This document shows positions 1-13,900 of a stretch of 64,000 bases of DNA, piece by piece. How positions within the stretch are numbered: position 1 is the first letter of the stretch; every line of letters starts with the position of its first letter. Position numbers and translations under genes: made by a program. This DNA comes from Octopus sinensis (lineage: Eukaryota): assembly GCF_006345805.1 (NCBI RefSeq), contig NC_043002.1, forward strand, positions 9,672,001-9,736,000, read 5' to 3'. The notes under the pieces were generated by a model, which was not told the origin of the DNA, searched no databases, and saw only the letters and a list, made by a program, of their open reading frames with translations.

Positions 1-96
1 GAGTTCAAATTCCACTGAGGTCGACTTTGCCTTTTATCCTTTTGGGGTCAATAAATTAAGTTCCAGTTACGCACTGGGGGTGATATAATCAACTTA

Positions 97-508
97 TAGG
101 CGCAGGAGTGGCTGTGTGGTAAGTAGCTTGCTTACCAACCACATGGTTCCGGGTTCAATCCCACTGCGTGGCATCTTGGGCAAGTGTCTTCTGCTATAGC
201 CCCGGGCCGACCAATGCCTTGTGAGTGGATTTGGTAGACGGAAACTGAAAGAAGCCTGTCGTATATATGTATATATATATGTATGTGTGTGTATATGTTT
301 GTGTGTCTGTGTTTGTCCCCCTAGCATTGCTTGACAACCGATGCTGGTGTGTTTACATCCCTGTCAATTAGCGGTTCGGCAAAAGAGACCGATAGAATAA
401 GTACTGGGCTTACAAAAGAATAAGTCCCGGGGTCGAGTTGCTCGACTAAAGGCGGTGCTCCAGCATGGCCGCAGTCAAATGACTGAAACAAGTAAAAAAA
501 AAAAAAAA
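97..508 (+). mobile_element. tRNA-derived SINE family 1 (other copies: 17465-17835 -, 17927-18250 +, 20390-20710 +, 20735-21135 -, 26047-27230 + interrupted, 60586-60995 +)
   Basis: Box A TGGCTGTGTGG, box B GGTTCAATCCC, central (TA/TG)n, tail ggcggtgctccagcatggccgcagtc; this copy is inserted in a family 3 SINE. Confidence 0.9.
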
Positions 509-1981
509 GACTTAATCCGTTTGTCTGTCCTTGTTTGTCCTCTCTGTGTTTAGCCCCTTGTGGGTAGTAAAGAAATGGGTAATAGTATGTTTTGAAAGCT
601 ACAGTTCAATAGCTTCATCATTTTCTTCTTTGGAAATATTATGCAGTGTTTAATTGATTTTTTGTTTATCCTTTCCATTTATTACCTTGTATTAAAACCT
701 ATTTTTTAAATCTAATTTTATTAGCTTCTTTGTGTTCAGAAAATCTCCTCTTTAACTCACTCTCAGCATCTTATGTTCTTCATGGCTTACACTCTACTTT
801 GGATATTTTTGGATTATGAATAAGTTTGCTTAGCTTCTCTGAATGTAATTAGAAGCACATTTAGAAAAAGGCTAGTCTAAAGTCAAACGCATTTGTAAGT
901 CGTAGTTGAATGAGTTGTTTGCAAAGTGAATGTATTTATAGCATTTAGGAATAAAAATGTCCATTCTCAAAATATCACTTGAGAAAATATCTTTCAGCTG
1001 CCAAGCTAGGGAAGAAACTTAAGTAGGTAAATATATAATAGCCGAATTTTCCTCAATAGGAAAACAAAACTTACTGCCTTTAAAATAGGGACCTTATGTT
1101 GAAGTCTTGAAAGCCTTAATTTTAATATAGCTTACATTAAAAACAAAATGGCTCAGAATACTTTAGCGAGCAGTTTATGTGAATCTTGAGTTTCATTCAA
1201 ACAGGACATGACTAGAACACCAAGTATTCTGAACAACTTAATGGTTTATCACCGTGACCGACCAGGCTATCAGATGTTGCTACACATCGCTGGTCACAAT
1301 GCACTTCGCATTGTTTTTTTAGCCTTCAAATGACGCTGCCCTGCTTGCCAAGAGGCCAGCAGAAGAAAGAGTGACAGAAAGTTATGGCAAAAGAGTACAG
1401 CAGAGATTGCCACCACCCCCTGCCGGAGCCTCATGGAGCTTTTAGGTGCTTTTGCTCAATAAACACTCACATCGCCTGGTCTGGGAATCGAAACCGCAAT
1501 CCTATGACCTCGAATCCGCTGTCCTAGCCACTGGGCCATTGCACCTCTGCTTAATGGTTTATATTTGCTATTTTTTCTTGTGTGGTATGTTTTGTTTTTG
1601 CTGTAATTACACATGAATTTTTTTTTGTCTTTCATTATCTATTAATTAACCTTTATTAATTTAATCTTACATTTATGAATGCATTTCATTTCAGCTTTTT
1701 TTTTTTGTTTTTTTTCTGTTTCTAAATCGTACTAGTTTAACACTCTGGCATAAATGGAATACTGGAAGAAGAAAAGCAGACAAACGTTTTTATCCACTGA
1801 TGAAAGTGATTAATTAATTATGATTAGATTATAATGAGTAATGTTATATGAATTCCTTGATAAATAAAAACATGTCTACATGTATTAATGCTAGTTTTAT
1901 CTACAATTGAATGAGTGAATTGAATATGTCAATCAATTTAATTATGTGAATTAATTAAAAAAATATCATTAAATTCTACAG

Positions 1982-2175
1982 GAGTCAGATGGAGAAACAT
2001 TCCAGGGTTTCATCAAAGTAACTTTGAATTTGATTCGACCAATCACAATGTCTCTTGGTGCACGACCACCTTCCATTTACGAAGTACTCACTCGAGAGCA
2101 CATTGTGGAGCAAAATACCCAATCTATTTCATTCTACATGCCTCGAGATACTGTTAAATCTATCCATGTAGACAG
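1982..2175 (+). CDS. RASSF1: RASSF1/RASSF5-like Ras-association domain protein, internal exon (RA domain start); upstream exons not found in window
   Basis: ctacag|...GACAG|gtaagc; ESDGETFQGFIKVTLNLIRPITMSLGARPPSIY...SFYMPRDTVKSIHVD resembles RASSF1 GFIKVQLKLVRPV...SFYLPKD. Confidence 0.9.
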
Positions 2176-2982
2176 GTAAGCTTTTCTAACCTTTTTTCTC
2201 TTTCATTTCACAAAAAGAAAAACATAGTCATTTTGTGTCTAAAGCTAAAATTAGTTTGTGTTGTGTCTAGGTAGGGTCATTATGCCAATATTATTCAAAC
2301 ACACACACTGGTTCAATTCCACTTCTTTATTATTTGTCTATTAGTTAAATATTCAACGACCTAATCAATTGGTTGTTTAACTTAGTTAAACATTAAGTTT
2401 TTTTTTGTGTGTTTGTCAAAACTCTTTCATTGCTATTTGAAACCTTTTCAATGACTTTTCTCTTAGTGATTATAGAGGCTGCATTTGTCTGTCTGAGATC
2501 TTGTTGCATACATGTGTGCTTCACAAGTCCTGAAATTTTGTATGGGAGGGGGCCAGGCGATTAGATTCCAGTACGCAACTGGTATTTAATTTATTGACCC
2601 CCTCCTCCCCCAAAAGGATGAAAGGCATAGTCAACCTTGGCAGAATTTGAACTCAGAACGTAAAAACAGACGAAATATCGCTAAGCTTTTCACCCAGCGT
2701 GATTCTGCCAACTCACTGCTTTTAACTTTCACAGTATAGAAACATTTCTCATGGCAACAGCACACAATTTACAGATGCTTACATTTTTTAATGTTTTCCA
2801 TTAATTTTTCACAGGTCCAGAGAGTAAGTTAATGAATACATTAATTTCAAACTATTCTCAGAAAGTAGAATAGTTTGAAGTTAATGTAACTTGTGAAGTG
2901 GAAAGAAAATATATATGTGCCTTGTGAAGCAAATACCATTACATTACACTAATAGTACTTCTCTCTTTCTCTGTTATTTCAG

Positions 2983-3092
2983 TGAGACAACAACCAAAGA
3001 AGTGATTGCAGCTTTGTTGAAGAAATTCAAGATTCTTGATAATCCGCGGAAGTTTGCTATGTATGAACAGGAATTCAAAAACAAAAAACTTG
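2983..3092 (+). CDS. RASSF1: RASSF1/5-like exon (RA domain)
   Basis: tttcag|...CTTG|gttaga; phase-compatible with neighbours; (S)ETTTKEVIAALLKKFKILDNPRKFAMYEQEFKNKKL. Confidence 0.9.
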
Positions 3093-3265
3093 GTTAGAAT
3101 TTTATAAAACTTTCTTTATTTCTTGCTTAAAAGGAAAATGTGAAAATATTTAGTACTTGACACATTTAGTGAAGTTTGGACTCATTCACTGAAGTCTGAA
3201 ATTAATTGTAGTGATAATTACTGAATAGAAGGATCAGTGATTTGTATTGTATCACTGCACTGTAT

Positions 3266-3600
3266 TCATCATCATCGTTTAACGTCAGTTTTCCATGCTA
3301 GCATAGGAAGCCAGGAGACTGCACCAGGCTCAAGTCTGATCTGGCAGTGTTTCTACAGCTGGATGCCCTTCCTAATGCCAACCACTCCGTGAGTGTAGTG
3401 AGTGTTTTTTACGTGCCACCAGCACAGGTGCCAAGGGAGGCTGGCAACGGCCACGATTGGTTGGTACTTTTTATGTGTCACCGGCACGGAAGGTAGTCAA
3501 GGTGGCGCTGGCATCGGCCACATATGGATGGTGCTTTTTACTTGCCATTGGCACATGTGCCAGGGGAGGCTGGCAACGGCCACGATCGGTTGGTTCTTTT
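3266..3600 (-). mobile_element. RTE-type LINE 3'-end fragment (further - copies at 5807-6225, 8399-8632, 12153-12237, 14056-14585, 24894-25047)
   Basis: (CAT)n gtttaacgtc...ccatgctagcat...ggatgcccttcctaa motif. Confidence 0.85.
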
Positions 3601-4762
3601 TGGAATAATTCACTTAACTGCTATTCACTACTCAGAGTAGCTGCAGATTTTAAAATTGAGGAGTGTTTCATTACCTGACAGCAGTGAGTTCAGCTCTTAC
3701 AGTCATAGCTTGAAGTGGGATAGACTTCATCAATAGATATCATGCAGTAGAAATCTTTAATGTTATCTGTAAAACCTAATGAGTCGCTGACTGACAGGTA
3801 ACGGTCGTTTAGAGAATGCACTGGCTAAGACTACGTGCCTTCACTAGTCAGTTAAGGGGAGACAGTGTCATGTGACAACTTGCTGAGGCTGCCTGCTGGA
3901 GCCTAGCGGCAGGTATTTAAAGGGGAAAATTTGACAAGTCACTCAGTCACCGGCTGACACTCGCTGACAATACATCGAAGAGGCCAGGGAACAGAAGAAA
4001 GAAGACATGCACCCAACACCAGAGCTGAAGACACCTCCAAAAGGATGGGGGGCCGCCATGTCAAAACGGTAGAGGAATAGGGGCCAAAACCGGACGTGGT
4101 TCCGCCTGATGATGTCTTGAGCTAACTGGATCCTATAAAGGAGCTGTTGTGGTAGCAGACCACGAAACACAGTTGTAATTCCTTCTTGTTCTCACTATTG
4201 TTCATCAGACAATAAAAGAATTTGATCCACTAATTATTGAACTTGATGAAAAATTCAAGAAAATTTGAAAGGATAACATAGAAAGAATAGAAGATTCTTA
4301 GGAACTATTATTAAGTGTTACCTGAAATACTAGATGAGATATTATGATATCTGCCAGAATAGAAAATGTTTGTTAAAAATCGTAGCCATGGTAATCAAAA
4401 GAATTTACATAGTTTATATTTTAAAATTGACAGTTTTAGTTAAAAAATACTGGCAAATTCTGACATTGCAATACATAATCACCATCATTGTGGTAGCATT
4501 TTCTATGGCTGGATGCTCTTTGTGTCATCAACCTCCACTTGTGTCCAAGTAGGATAATAATCTCCCAGTCTATCAAACAACAAGCAGCTTGGACATGTCC
4601 CGACATGTCAAGAAGTCTGGACATGCTTTCATTGTGGACTACAAGCAAGTTACACTGTCAGCAAAGTCATTGTTGACAACAATCAAATGAACACACATGA
4701 AGATGAGGGGAAGACAAACTCACTCATGCAATACATGTTATCATCATCATCATCATCATATA

Positions 4763-5075
4763 TCTATATATATAAAACTGAGAATGTGTGTCTGTCTGTG
4801 TGTTTCCCTAAAACTTGAGAACTACACAACTAATTTCATTCAAATTTTACACATGCCTTACTTAGGGTCCATGTAGTTTCATGGGCAAAAAAAATGTTCA
4901 ACTTCTTGCCTAGGGCGAGCCCATAGCAATATCATATCTTTTCCACTATTTCAGTATTACGTGTTAAAAGTGAAACAAAAACATTTCTCTATTTTATGTC
5001 AGATACTTTCACTTTAGCAATAAAAATTAGAGATAACTAGCATTATGACCCAGCAACGCCAGGTCATAGTGCTAG
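4763..5075 (+). mobile_element. Non-autonomous Helitron
   Basis: A|TC start, subterminal hairpin (ccagcaacgccagg), CTAG|T end. Confidence 0.75.
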
Positions 5076-5568
5076 TATGTATATAAAACTGCAGTTGTCA
5101 CTCATAAGCAAGTATGGTTTGCTGGGATGTACCATGCTTTTGCTAATTATTTTAAGTACTTACGCAGTTGTAAGCCATCCCACCCTTGATCCAGCTGAAC
5201 ATCTAGGATGTGGCAGCTAGAAGGCAAGAGTTGAATACACAATTCAATAAGCAACAAGGGAACAGAATTACCTGATCAACTTCATTATTTTATAGCTGTT
5301 TCTGCTATAAGATTTTATTAAAACCTTCCAAATTTTTTGTTATTTCAAATTGATTGAAACACAGGAAATATAGTTATGAAAATGTTCTAGAATATTGAGT
5401 GTGAATATGAATTCCACTTATAGATTTGATTCTCAGTTGGAAATTTCTAAATTGAATGATGTACTTCCATCCTTGGTTTTTAAATCAATGCTTTCATCAT
5501 TTCATGCTGAATCTGTTTTCACTTTACTTTGATGGATGAACCAATTCTTATAATTCTTATAATTTCAG

Positions 5569-5690
5569 TAAAACTGCGGCGAGTTATGCCAGAAGAATTT
5601 CCTCTTCAGGTTTGTCTAGGCTGGGAAACAAATAAACTGGAATGTTATCGCTTAGTTCTTCAAGAGAATGAAGCTTCAGGGGATATTGAA
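5569..5690 (+). CDS. RASSF1: RASSF1/5-like exon (end of RA domain)
   Basis: tttcag|...GAA|gtaagt; (V)KLRRVMPEEFPLQVCLGWETNKLECYRLVLQENEASGDIE. Confidence 0.9.
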
Positions 5691-6914
5691 GTAAGTTTTT
5701 CATTTTTAGATATTGTTTATGTCACTAATTTTGTTACTATGCAAAGAAAGGGCATTAGAAACTTCTTTGTCATCAATATTAACTTAAGCCAAATAACCAA
5801 AGTTAATATCATCATCATCATCATCGTTTAACGTCCGTTCTCCATGCTAGCATGGGTTGGATGGTTCGACTGGGGTCTGGGAAGCCAGAAGGCTGCCCCA
5901 AGCTCCAGTCTTATCTGGCAATGTTTCTACAGCTGGATGCCCTTCCTAACACCAACCACTCCGTGAGTGTAGTGGGTGCTTTTTACATGCCACCTGCACA
6001 GGTGCCAGGTGAGGCTGGCAACGGCCACGGTCGGATTGGTGCATTTTACGTGCCACCGGCACGGAAGCCAGTCGAGGCGGCGCTGGCATCGGCCACGAGT
6101 CGGATAGTGCTTTTTACGTACCACCAGTCCAGGGGTCCTGGCTGGTTCAATTCGATTTCGATTTCGCTTGCCCCAACATGTCTTTGCAAGCAAAGGGGGT
6201 TGGCATGGGTGCCTGTCATCGGATGAGGTTCTATATCGACTTCGCTTGCCTCAACCACAGATATCTTCACAGAATCAGAATTGGATTTTTTGTGGTTGGG
6301 GGAATTAATCAAACTAGAAGCTGATACATGTATGGGTTCTGTGTCTTGTATAGAGACTGCAATTTCACTAGTTTCTGTATTAGTAGTAATTTCAGCCAAC
6401 CCATATTTTATCCATTGATTTATTGTAGAGTACAATTTCTTGAATTCTTCATTCTTTTCATTGGGGAAAAGTGTATTAAAATATGTTTTAAAATGTTTAC
6501 CTGAGTTATATAACAATATACACTGCAATACATCAAAGAAACCAATTCTGTTAGAATTCCTCTTGATTTTTTCCTCTCTTTGATCATTGCCATTTTGCTA
6601 ATACTTACGTCTCCTTGTTATCTCTTCCTCTTATTCTTCACTGTTAATTTTCCTTTCACTGTTCCTAATCTATTTAACACCACTAGTAAATAATTCTTCT
6701 TTCTTTGATGAAAGATTTTATCCAAAGCTTTAGACTTCTTTCAACAAAATCTTGAGTTGACCAAAATGTTCATTCAGTTTTTGACACTTCAAACACTCTT
6801 ATAAATAGCTAACTTCACTTGCACATTTGTTTGATACACGGCACTTCAAAGTAGTTCAACTGGAACTTGTGATGAGACAGGTTATATTTTCTGTGTTTGA
6901 GATCAATCTGAAAA

Positions 6915-7555
6915 TGGAGAATCAAAATGAACATTATCAGTGACTCATGCCTTTTTTATTTTAAAAAAGGCAAGAAAGTAGTAGAAACCTGCAAGAAGCT
7001 ATGCTCTGTGTATGGAGAGGATGTCGTTATGGAATGTGTATTCCAGGAGTGGTTTTCAAGATTTTGAGTGGAAAATTTTTTGGTATAAGAGGCACCTTGC
7101 TCTTGCTCATCAGCTGAGATTAGCAGCAACACCAATCAAGGTGATCACAGATATTCCCCAAATATCCAACTCAAGTATTGCAAACACATCTGCATCAACT
7201 TGGTTACATCAGCAGGCTCAGTGTTTGGGTCCCATGTCATTTGAATCTGCATCCAACAGATTTCCATTTGTGGTTTGAAACATGAAGGAAATTATCCTTT
7301 TTTGAAGAGAATGGTGACAGGAAATGAGAAACGGATTATCTATCACAATGTGAAGTACAATCAATCATGGGGAAAGTAAGGCAAATGACAAGAAACAACT
7401 TCCAAAGCAGGACTTCACCTGACGAAGGTTATGCTTTCAATTTGGTGGGATTGTAAGGGTGTTGTCTTTGACAAGCTCCTCTCTAGACAGGACCATAAAT
7501 TCAGATATGTACTGTGACCAACTGGACAAATTAAATACAGCAATCTACCAGATAA
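6915..7555 (+). mobile_element. Degenerate mariner transposase relic
   Basis: MENQNEH..., MVTGNEKRIIYHN, KAGLHLTKVMLSIWWDCKGVV, TINSDMYCDQLDKL. Confidence 0.75.
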
Positions 7556-8923
7556 TTGAGTTGGTGTTGAAAACCTCTGATTTCTTATAAGTCACTGTCA
7601 ATGTTTAGACCACTCTTAGTTTGGTGATTCCAACACATTTTCCATAGGTATATGAAAGCAAGTTTTATGCCTAGTGGTTCCAAAAGTATATGCGCTCTCC
7701 TTGTTAGGGATACATTAAAATTGTCAAACAAACATTATTAATGGTGTGTGTGTGGTGGGTATTTTTGTTCATTTTTATCCACTCTCATTGGTAAGGAATA
7801 TTACTTAGTAAGGAGCATTGGGGATGAGGAATTGAGGCAAAAGGCTGATAGACCAAAAAGTTAATGATTCAGGATTTAGAGGCTCCACTTCTATTCATAG
7901 CTAGAATAGAGGTAGAACCATCTTGAATCTGATAGAAGTAGAGGAGATTGCTATAGTTACTGTAGAATTTTAAAATTTGGTTAGTATATTAATGGGAATT
8001 AAAAAGAAAAACCTTTTTTTAGTGGATGTTGTTTCTTGAAACAAAGGTTGTGTGTAGTCCTTGGAGCAGGAGAATCAGAACTTTCCTTCGATTGATGGAT
8101 AGTTCTTTTTTCTCTTTAAGTTGAGGTGAAAATGGGAATTGTTGAAAATGAAACCTCGACATAAGTAAATGGACACTAGATACAATCAGTGCAAAGTGAT
8201 ACTAAGTCACTGTGTTGGAACGCCAGTGCAATATATTGTGATGGTTTCTGGATTCAGTTCCTATTTTGCTTCTAAGTTTATCTGCAAAAGAATAAATTGT
8301 AATATGAGTTCCTGTAAATGGAGTGAAAACTAAATCTTTGTTTTCTATGAGATATTTAATTCGAGAGAGAAAACGTGTTTTATGAAGTTTCACAATCATT
8401 ATCATCATCATCATTTAACATCCGCTTTCCATGCTAGCATGGGTTGGACAATTGACTGAGATTTGGCGAACCAGACTCCAATCTGATCTGGCAGAGTTTC
8501 TACAGCTGGATGCCCTTCTTAATGCCAACCACTTCGAGAGTGCAGTGGGTGCTTTTATGTGCCACCGGCACGAGGGCCAGTTTGATGGTACTGGTAACGG
8601 CCACACCCAGATGTTGCTTTTTATGTGCCACCTCAGATTATAACAATATATATTTGGAAGTACTATACTATACAATGACCATAATATTGTTTCTGAATTG
8701 GGTAAAGGTAAATTTAGTATATGAGTGAGTGGAGATGATATTTCATTTTCCACCTGGTTAGATTATGATATATATTAAATGGTTTTGCAAAATTTTTTGC
8801 AGCAACCCTTCTTCTTTTTTGTACATACATACACCTGAAAATTACAAATCCCTGTGCTAGAGATTTTCTTTTTGCTATTGATTTTCTTTTGGTTTAAATA
8901 TTTTCTATTTTAATCTTTTCCAG

Positions 8924-9094
8924 TGGTCAAATTTCAGTCATCCAGAACTAAATAATTTTGTGAAAGTATTGGACCGGGAAGAATCTGAACATATTCAGCA
9001 ACTCCAGTATAAATATCATATGATGAAGAAAGCAGTCGAGCGACGAATGAAAGAGCTTCGTGCTGCTGAACAAGAAGCCAAACGCAGTAAATAG
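8924..9094 (+). CDS. RASSF1: RASSF1/5-like terminal coding exon (SARAH domain)
   Basis: ttttccag|; WSNFSHPELNNFVKVLDREESEHIQQLQYKYHMMKKAVERRMKELRAAEQEAKRSK*, cf. RASSF1 WDAFSMPELHNFLRILQREE. Confidence 0.9.
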   Translation, partial: WSNFSHPELNNFVKVLDREESEHIQQLQYKYHMMKKAVERRMKELRAAEQEAKRSK

Positions 9095-10775
9095 GTCCAC
9101 ACCTGCGTATAAGACTTAAAAGTAGTTAATAAGTTTCACTATTATCCATAAGATGGTTTGTACAGCATCCTAGCGTTGCTGTTTTCTCATTGGTTGTGTG
9201 TGCTTTGGGCCTAACTACAGGCCATACAGACATTTTAGTCATGGTGTCTTATCTCAATCAGTGAGAGATTCTGCAGCTGCAGAAAAAAAATTGTGGCATG
9301 ATGATGACGAAAATGATAAAAGAAATTTTTTTTTTTTTTTATCAACTTATACATTTACAAATGATAATTTTGATTTATTTTTAATACACCTAACTTAAAG
9401 ATAACATTTGAATGTAATGTATAAGTGGTGCTTCATTTTATTACTTAATTGAAATATAAATTTTGTTCTATTTATTTATTCATTTTTATTAATTTATTTT
9501 TGTTTAGTGTTAAGAAATAGCTGAAAAATACATTTTGTCTTAAATGGGAAGAAAAGTTACATAGCATCTAAAAGAATATTATCATGTTGTCATGTAAGTG
9601 GGGAAAATATTTGTGCTACATAAAATATGCTGATCTGAAAATTACAAATTTTTAAAAAAATCTCTTTAAAATAGAAAGGACAATAGAAGTTAGTTTAATT
9701 GAGAGGCCTCAATTTCTATTCCTTCTATAGAATAATTTTTTTGTTAAATATTTGTTCTTATTTCTGTCTATTTATTGATCTACCTGAACTATTTAAATAT
9801 TTATGCCCCATATGTTTTTACTAGCATGAAAAAGTGAGCATTAAATAATTACGATGATGAATAAGGTCCATTTTTTTTTTTGCCTTTTATATTGGGTTAT
9901 GTTTCATTCATCAAAAGTTTGAAAATATGGGTCAACAAAACAAAATATTTGTTTGATAGAATCGAATCTCGTTTTTTTTTAAAAACAAGTTTTTTTTTTG
10001 TTAGGATTGTAAGGTAAAATACTATTAACAAATATTATTTCCTTAATTCCATATTTAAAGCAAGCATTTCTTTTAACATATTGAAGTAATGTTCAAATTT
10101 TACATGGGTTTTTACCATTTTATGACCAAATTACACACACACGCATTTATATCTCAAATCTCTCTCTTTCTCTCTCTCTCTCTGTACACACATACAGTTA
10201 TCTTTAACATACATCCAAACATATGCAATTATATTCAAGTATATATATTATACCCCACTCCTCCCCAGTATATCCTTTCAGTAGGTTTTGTGTAGCAAAA
10301 TTTCTATTAGCAGGTCACTGGTGTATGTATTTTGGTTGTAAATTTTTTATTCATGTGTTTCAAGTAGTAAGTCATTCATGAAACACAATCTCTTGAATGT
10401 GTAAATATTTCAGGAATCATACGGCAAATCTTCAAATTACTCACAAATTAAAATTAAACACATTTAATATTTTTAGAATAAATGAAAAATTTCCGAAATC
10501 AAAGCCCATGAAATCTTAATTTATCAGGAAAAAAATTCTTTTTCAAGATAGCAAAAAGAATAAATAAATAAATTAATAAATAAAAAATTCCTGAAAACTG
10601 TTTTCGTTTCCAAAATGTATATGATGTTTGCCTCATAGCAAACTTAATAACTTGAAAAACTTTTTTAAAAGTTTTTTTTTTTTTGCCTTGTTGATTTTTT
10701 TTTAATTATTATTATTGCTCGATTTGATGAGTAGTATTTTCAATTTATCTTCTTTTTTATTTTGAAATGAGGGAA

Positions 10776-10778
<3 letters not shown>

Positions 10779-10812
<34 letters not shown>

Positions 10813-10854
10813 GGAGTAAACACATAAATGTGAAACAAGGTGGAAAAAAGAGTA

Positions 10855-10930
<76 letters not shown>
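10779..10930. repeat. (TA)n/(CA)n microsatellites
   Basis: Read directly. Confidence 0.95.
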
Positions 10931-13900
10931 TTATACAAAATAATTGTAGTATATGTATTAAGAAATTGTCTTAAATTTACAAAAAAAAAATATATTGTGA
11001 TAGAATTGTTTCTGAGTTCCTCTATAGTCTTCCATAAATAGTTATTGTTTTCTAAAAATTTTCTTATAAAATGTTTTGAATGATAACCTAGGAATCGTAG
11101 TACAGATGATGTTTGAGAAGATGGGGAGAGATTTTAAAAATATATAAACATAGACCACCCACACACCAATATATATTCGCAAAAGGAATATAAATACATT
11201 CCTCATTCTAAAAATAATTGCTAAAGTTTATTTTTTGTTTCTGTTTTAATGAACAAAAAACTTTCATTATTTTGTGTTTTTATTTTTAGCTGGAAAAATC
11301 TATTTTTGCTGAAAATGCACATGCACAATCTATGAACTCACAAAGTGCATTTAATTTGTTGCTGAATCTGATTAAACATTTTAATACTCTAGAAAAGCGC
11401 ATATTCATAAATTTCCAGGTTTATGTATCTTATAACAATTCTATTCACAGTTAAAATATTATGATGTAAAATATCGGAAAAATTCATACTTTTTGAAACT
11501 GTTCTGAAGCCACAAAACTCTGGCATTAAAATTTTATTTATATCTATCATTGAATAAAAGTAAATGGAGCCCCTGTCGATTTTGACAGCTTTTTGATTGT
11601 CTGAACTACTTACTTGTTAAATTAGAGTGTAAATGGTTGAGTATTCCACAGATGTATGTACATAATTCTCAGGCAGTATCAGCATGACATAATGTGTGTG
11701 ACACAGCTCACCTTTTGAATTACAGGTATTCTTGCAGTTTCTCTCAACCTAATTTCGCTCACAAGGTTTGGATTGACCTGTGACTGTAAGGGGATAACGA
11801 TATGTGAAAATACATCAATATCCAGTAGCCACCTCACCCTTAACTATATCAAATACAGAATTAGATCAAAGAAAACTACATAGAATATATAATTAAAAAT
11901 GGAAAGAAGTCTTTTGAGTGATTCTAGTCTTCTCTATGAATGCAAAACATGGAAGAACAATTTTAAAAGCCCTTTTTTTGTTTTAATATAGGAGTAGTTG
12001 AATCTTGGATTCCATATCAAACATTTCTGTAGTCAGTTAAAAGGGTTGGGGGGAAATACTGACCCTTTGCTTATTGCTTTTGAACTGATTTAGATATCAG
12101 CTTCAACTGCAGTCAATATTCTTTCCCCTTCGTTTGCATATTTTCCTGAATCATATCATTTAACGTCCGCTTTCCATGCTAGCATGGGTTGGACGAATGA
12201 CTGAGGGCTGGCGAACCAGATGGCTGCACCAGGCTTCGTCAATTGAATTTTATGAATCTATAGAAGATCTGAAGAGTCTAGTGTCTAGATAAGATGCTTT
12301 AAGTGCCTCAAAATATATAAAATTGGAGTAGATGATGATTTTTATGTGGGGAGTAGGAATGGAAGTTTAATCATTTGAGGTTTTGGTATCCAAACCTTGG
12401 ATAAGTAAATTAGTTAAAGCAATAAAATGATTTCAGTTACAATTAGAAATATTTCTCTAGATTTATTTCATTGTTTTCTTTTGGTTTTCTCTATATTTCT
12501 CCTTTTGTCTTTTTTTTCCTTTTTTTTAAAAATATTTATCTTTAGATGAGCAACATTTAAAGAAAATTATTCCAAATGATAAACATTACTCAATGGTGCC
12601 ATGGAATGTAGTTTCGGATATTGCCTTTTTAAAAATAATAGAAAGTTTTGTAAATATAAAACGTGTCTGAAATGGAATCAGACTTTTGGATAGTATATCT
12701 AGCAAAATGCTCGGAGGCATTTTTTCTGCCTCTTTACATTCTGAGTTCAAATACCACCAAGGTCAACTTTAATCCTTTCAGGGTTGATAAAATAAAGTAC
12801 TAGTCATGTACTGGGGTCAATGTAATCGACTGGTTCCCCACTGAAAATTACAGGCCTTGTGCCAAAACTTTAAACAATTTTTATTATTTGTAGACAAAAG
12901 TAAAATTGATAAAATGGAAATCAAATTATTGAACACAACTTAGTACTCTACATGAAAGTACTGGATATCTTGTTTACTACGTTTTTATTATACATTTGCA
13001 TGTATAAAACTTTCCTGTATGTATAGCAGAAAAACACACACACCTGACATAATTTGCTGCTCATTATTGTTAATATATTTTTAAAGATAGAGAGAGAGCT
13101 TTAATCCTTTAGCATTCATTTTTAGAATTAATTGTTGCGAGATGCCAGATCTGGCCAATTTGACCATGAAACAGGAAGAATGTTTTGGCCAAATATGGCT
13201 GGTTTCGATGCTAAAGGGTTAACGAAAGTATACAATGTCAAAGAATTCCCAAAAATATTGACGCATTGTAAGTTTTATTGATTCGACAACCAGTAATTGT
13301 ACTTGGGTTCTTTGATATTGTGTACTTCCAATAAAGTTCTCTCTTTGAAAATAATTTGCTGCTTATTATTGTTGATATATTTATGTCATGAAAAGAAAAA
13401 GCCTGCACACTTGCAGTGATTTAATATTGAGCTGCTTCGGAAAAATTTACTGGAAACTTTTTAAAAGGAAATAAGCAATGAGTCTAAATAATCAATTACT
13501 ATTGATAACTTCATTGAATTTTGTGTCTTCAATAATTGAATGCAGGCTCTGCACAATATATAAACATATTATTTTGTAATAAAATTGTAAAAATTTGAAG
13601 AAAAAAAAAAGTCGGGGAGAGTTAAGAGCATAAAAATAATTAATCATATATAACAAAGTTTAGAAAAAAAAACTTTTTTTTTAATTAAAAAATTAATTTT
13701 AATCCTTGAATTCTGTATTTTCAATTATAGAATTACGTGTTAAGTATAAATGGTTCCAAAATATTTGTGAGATATTCAAAACACACCTCCATTTTTAGTC
13801 ATCAGCACTTAATTCTAGAACAAAAGGTTTGAGTGTATCACTCAGCTTGATAAATGACTCAAAATGACAATATCATTTATTACACACAAGCATGATAATC

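Noticed and set aside
97-190. tRNA-like box A/box B sequences
   Set aside because: SINE heads, not cloverleaf tRNA genes.
9095-13610. Possible long RASSF 3' UTR with several AATAAA sites
   Set aside because: The end cannot be fixed without transcript data.
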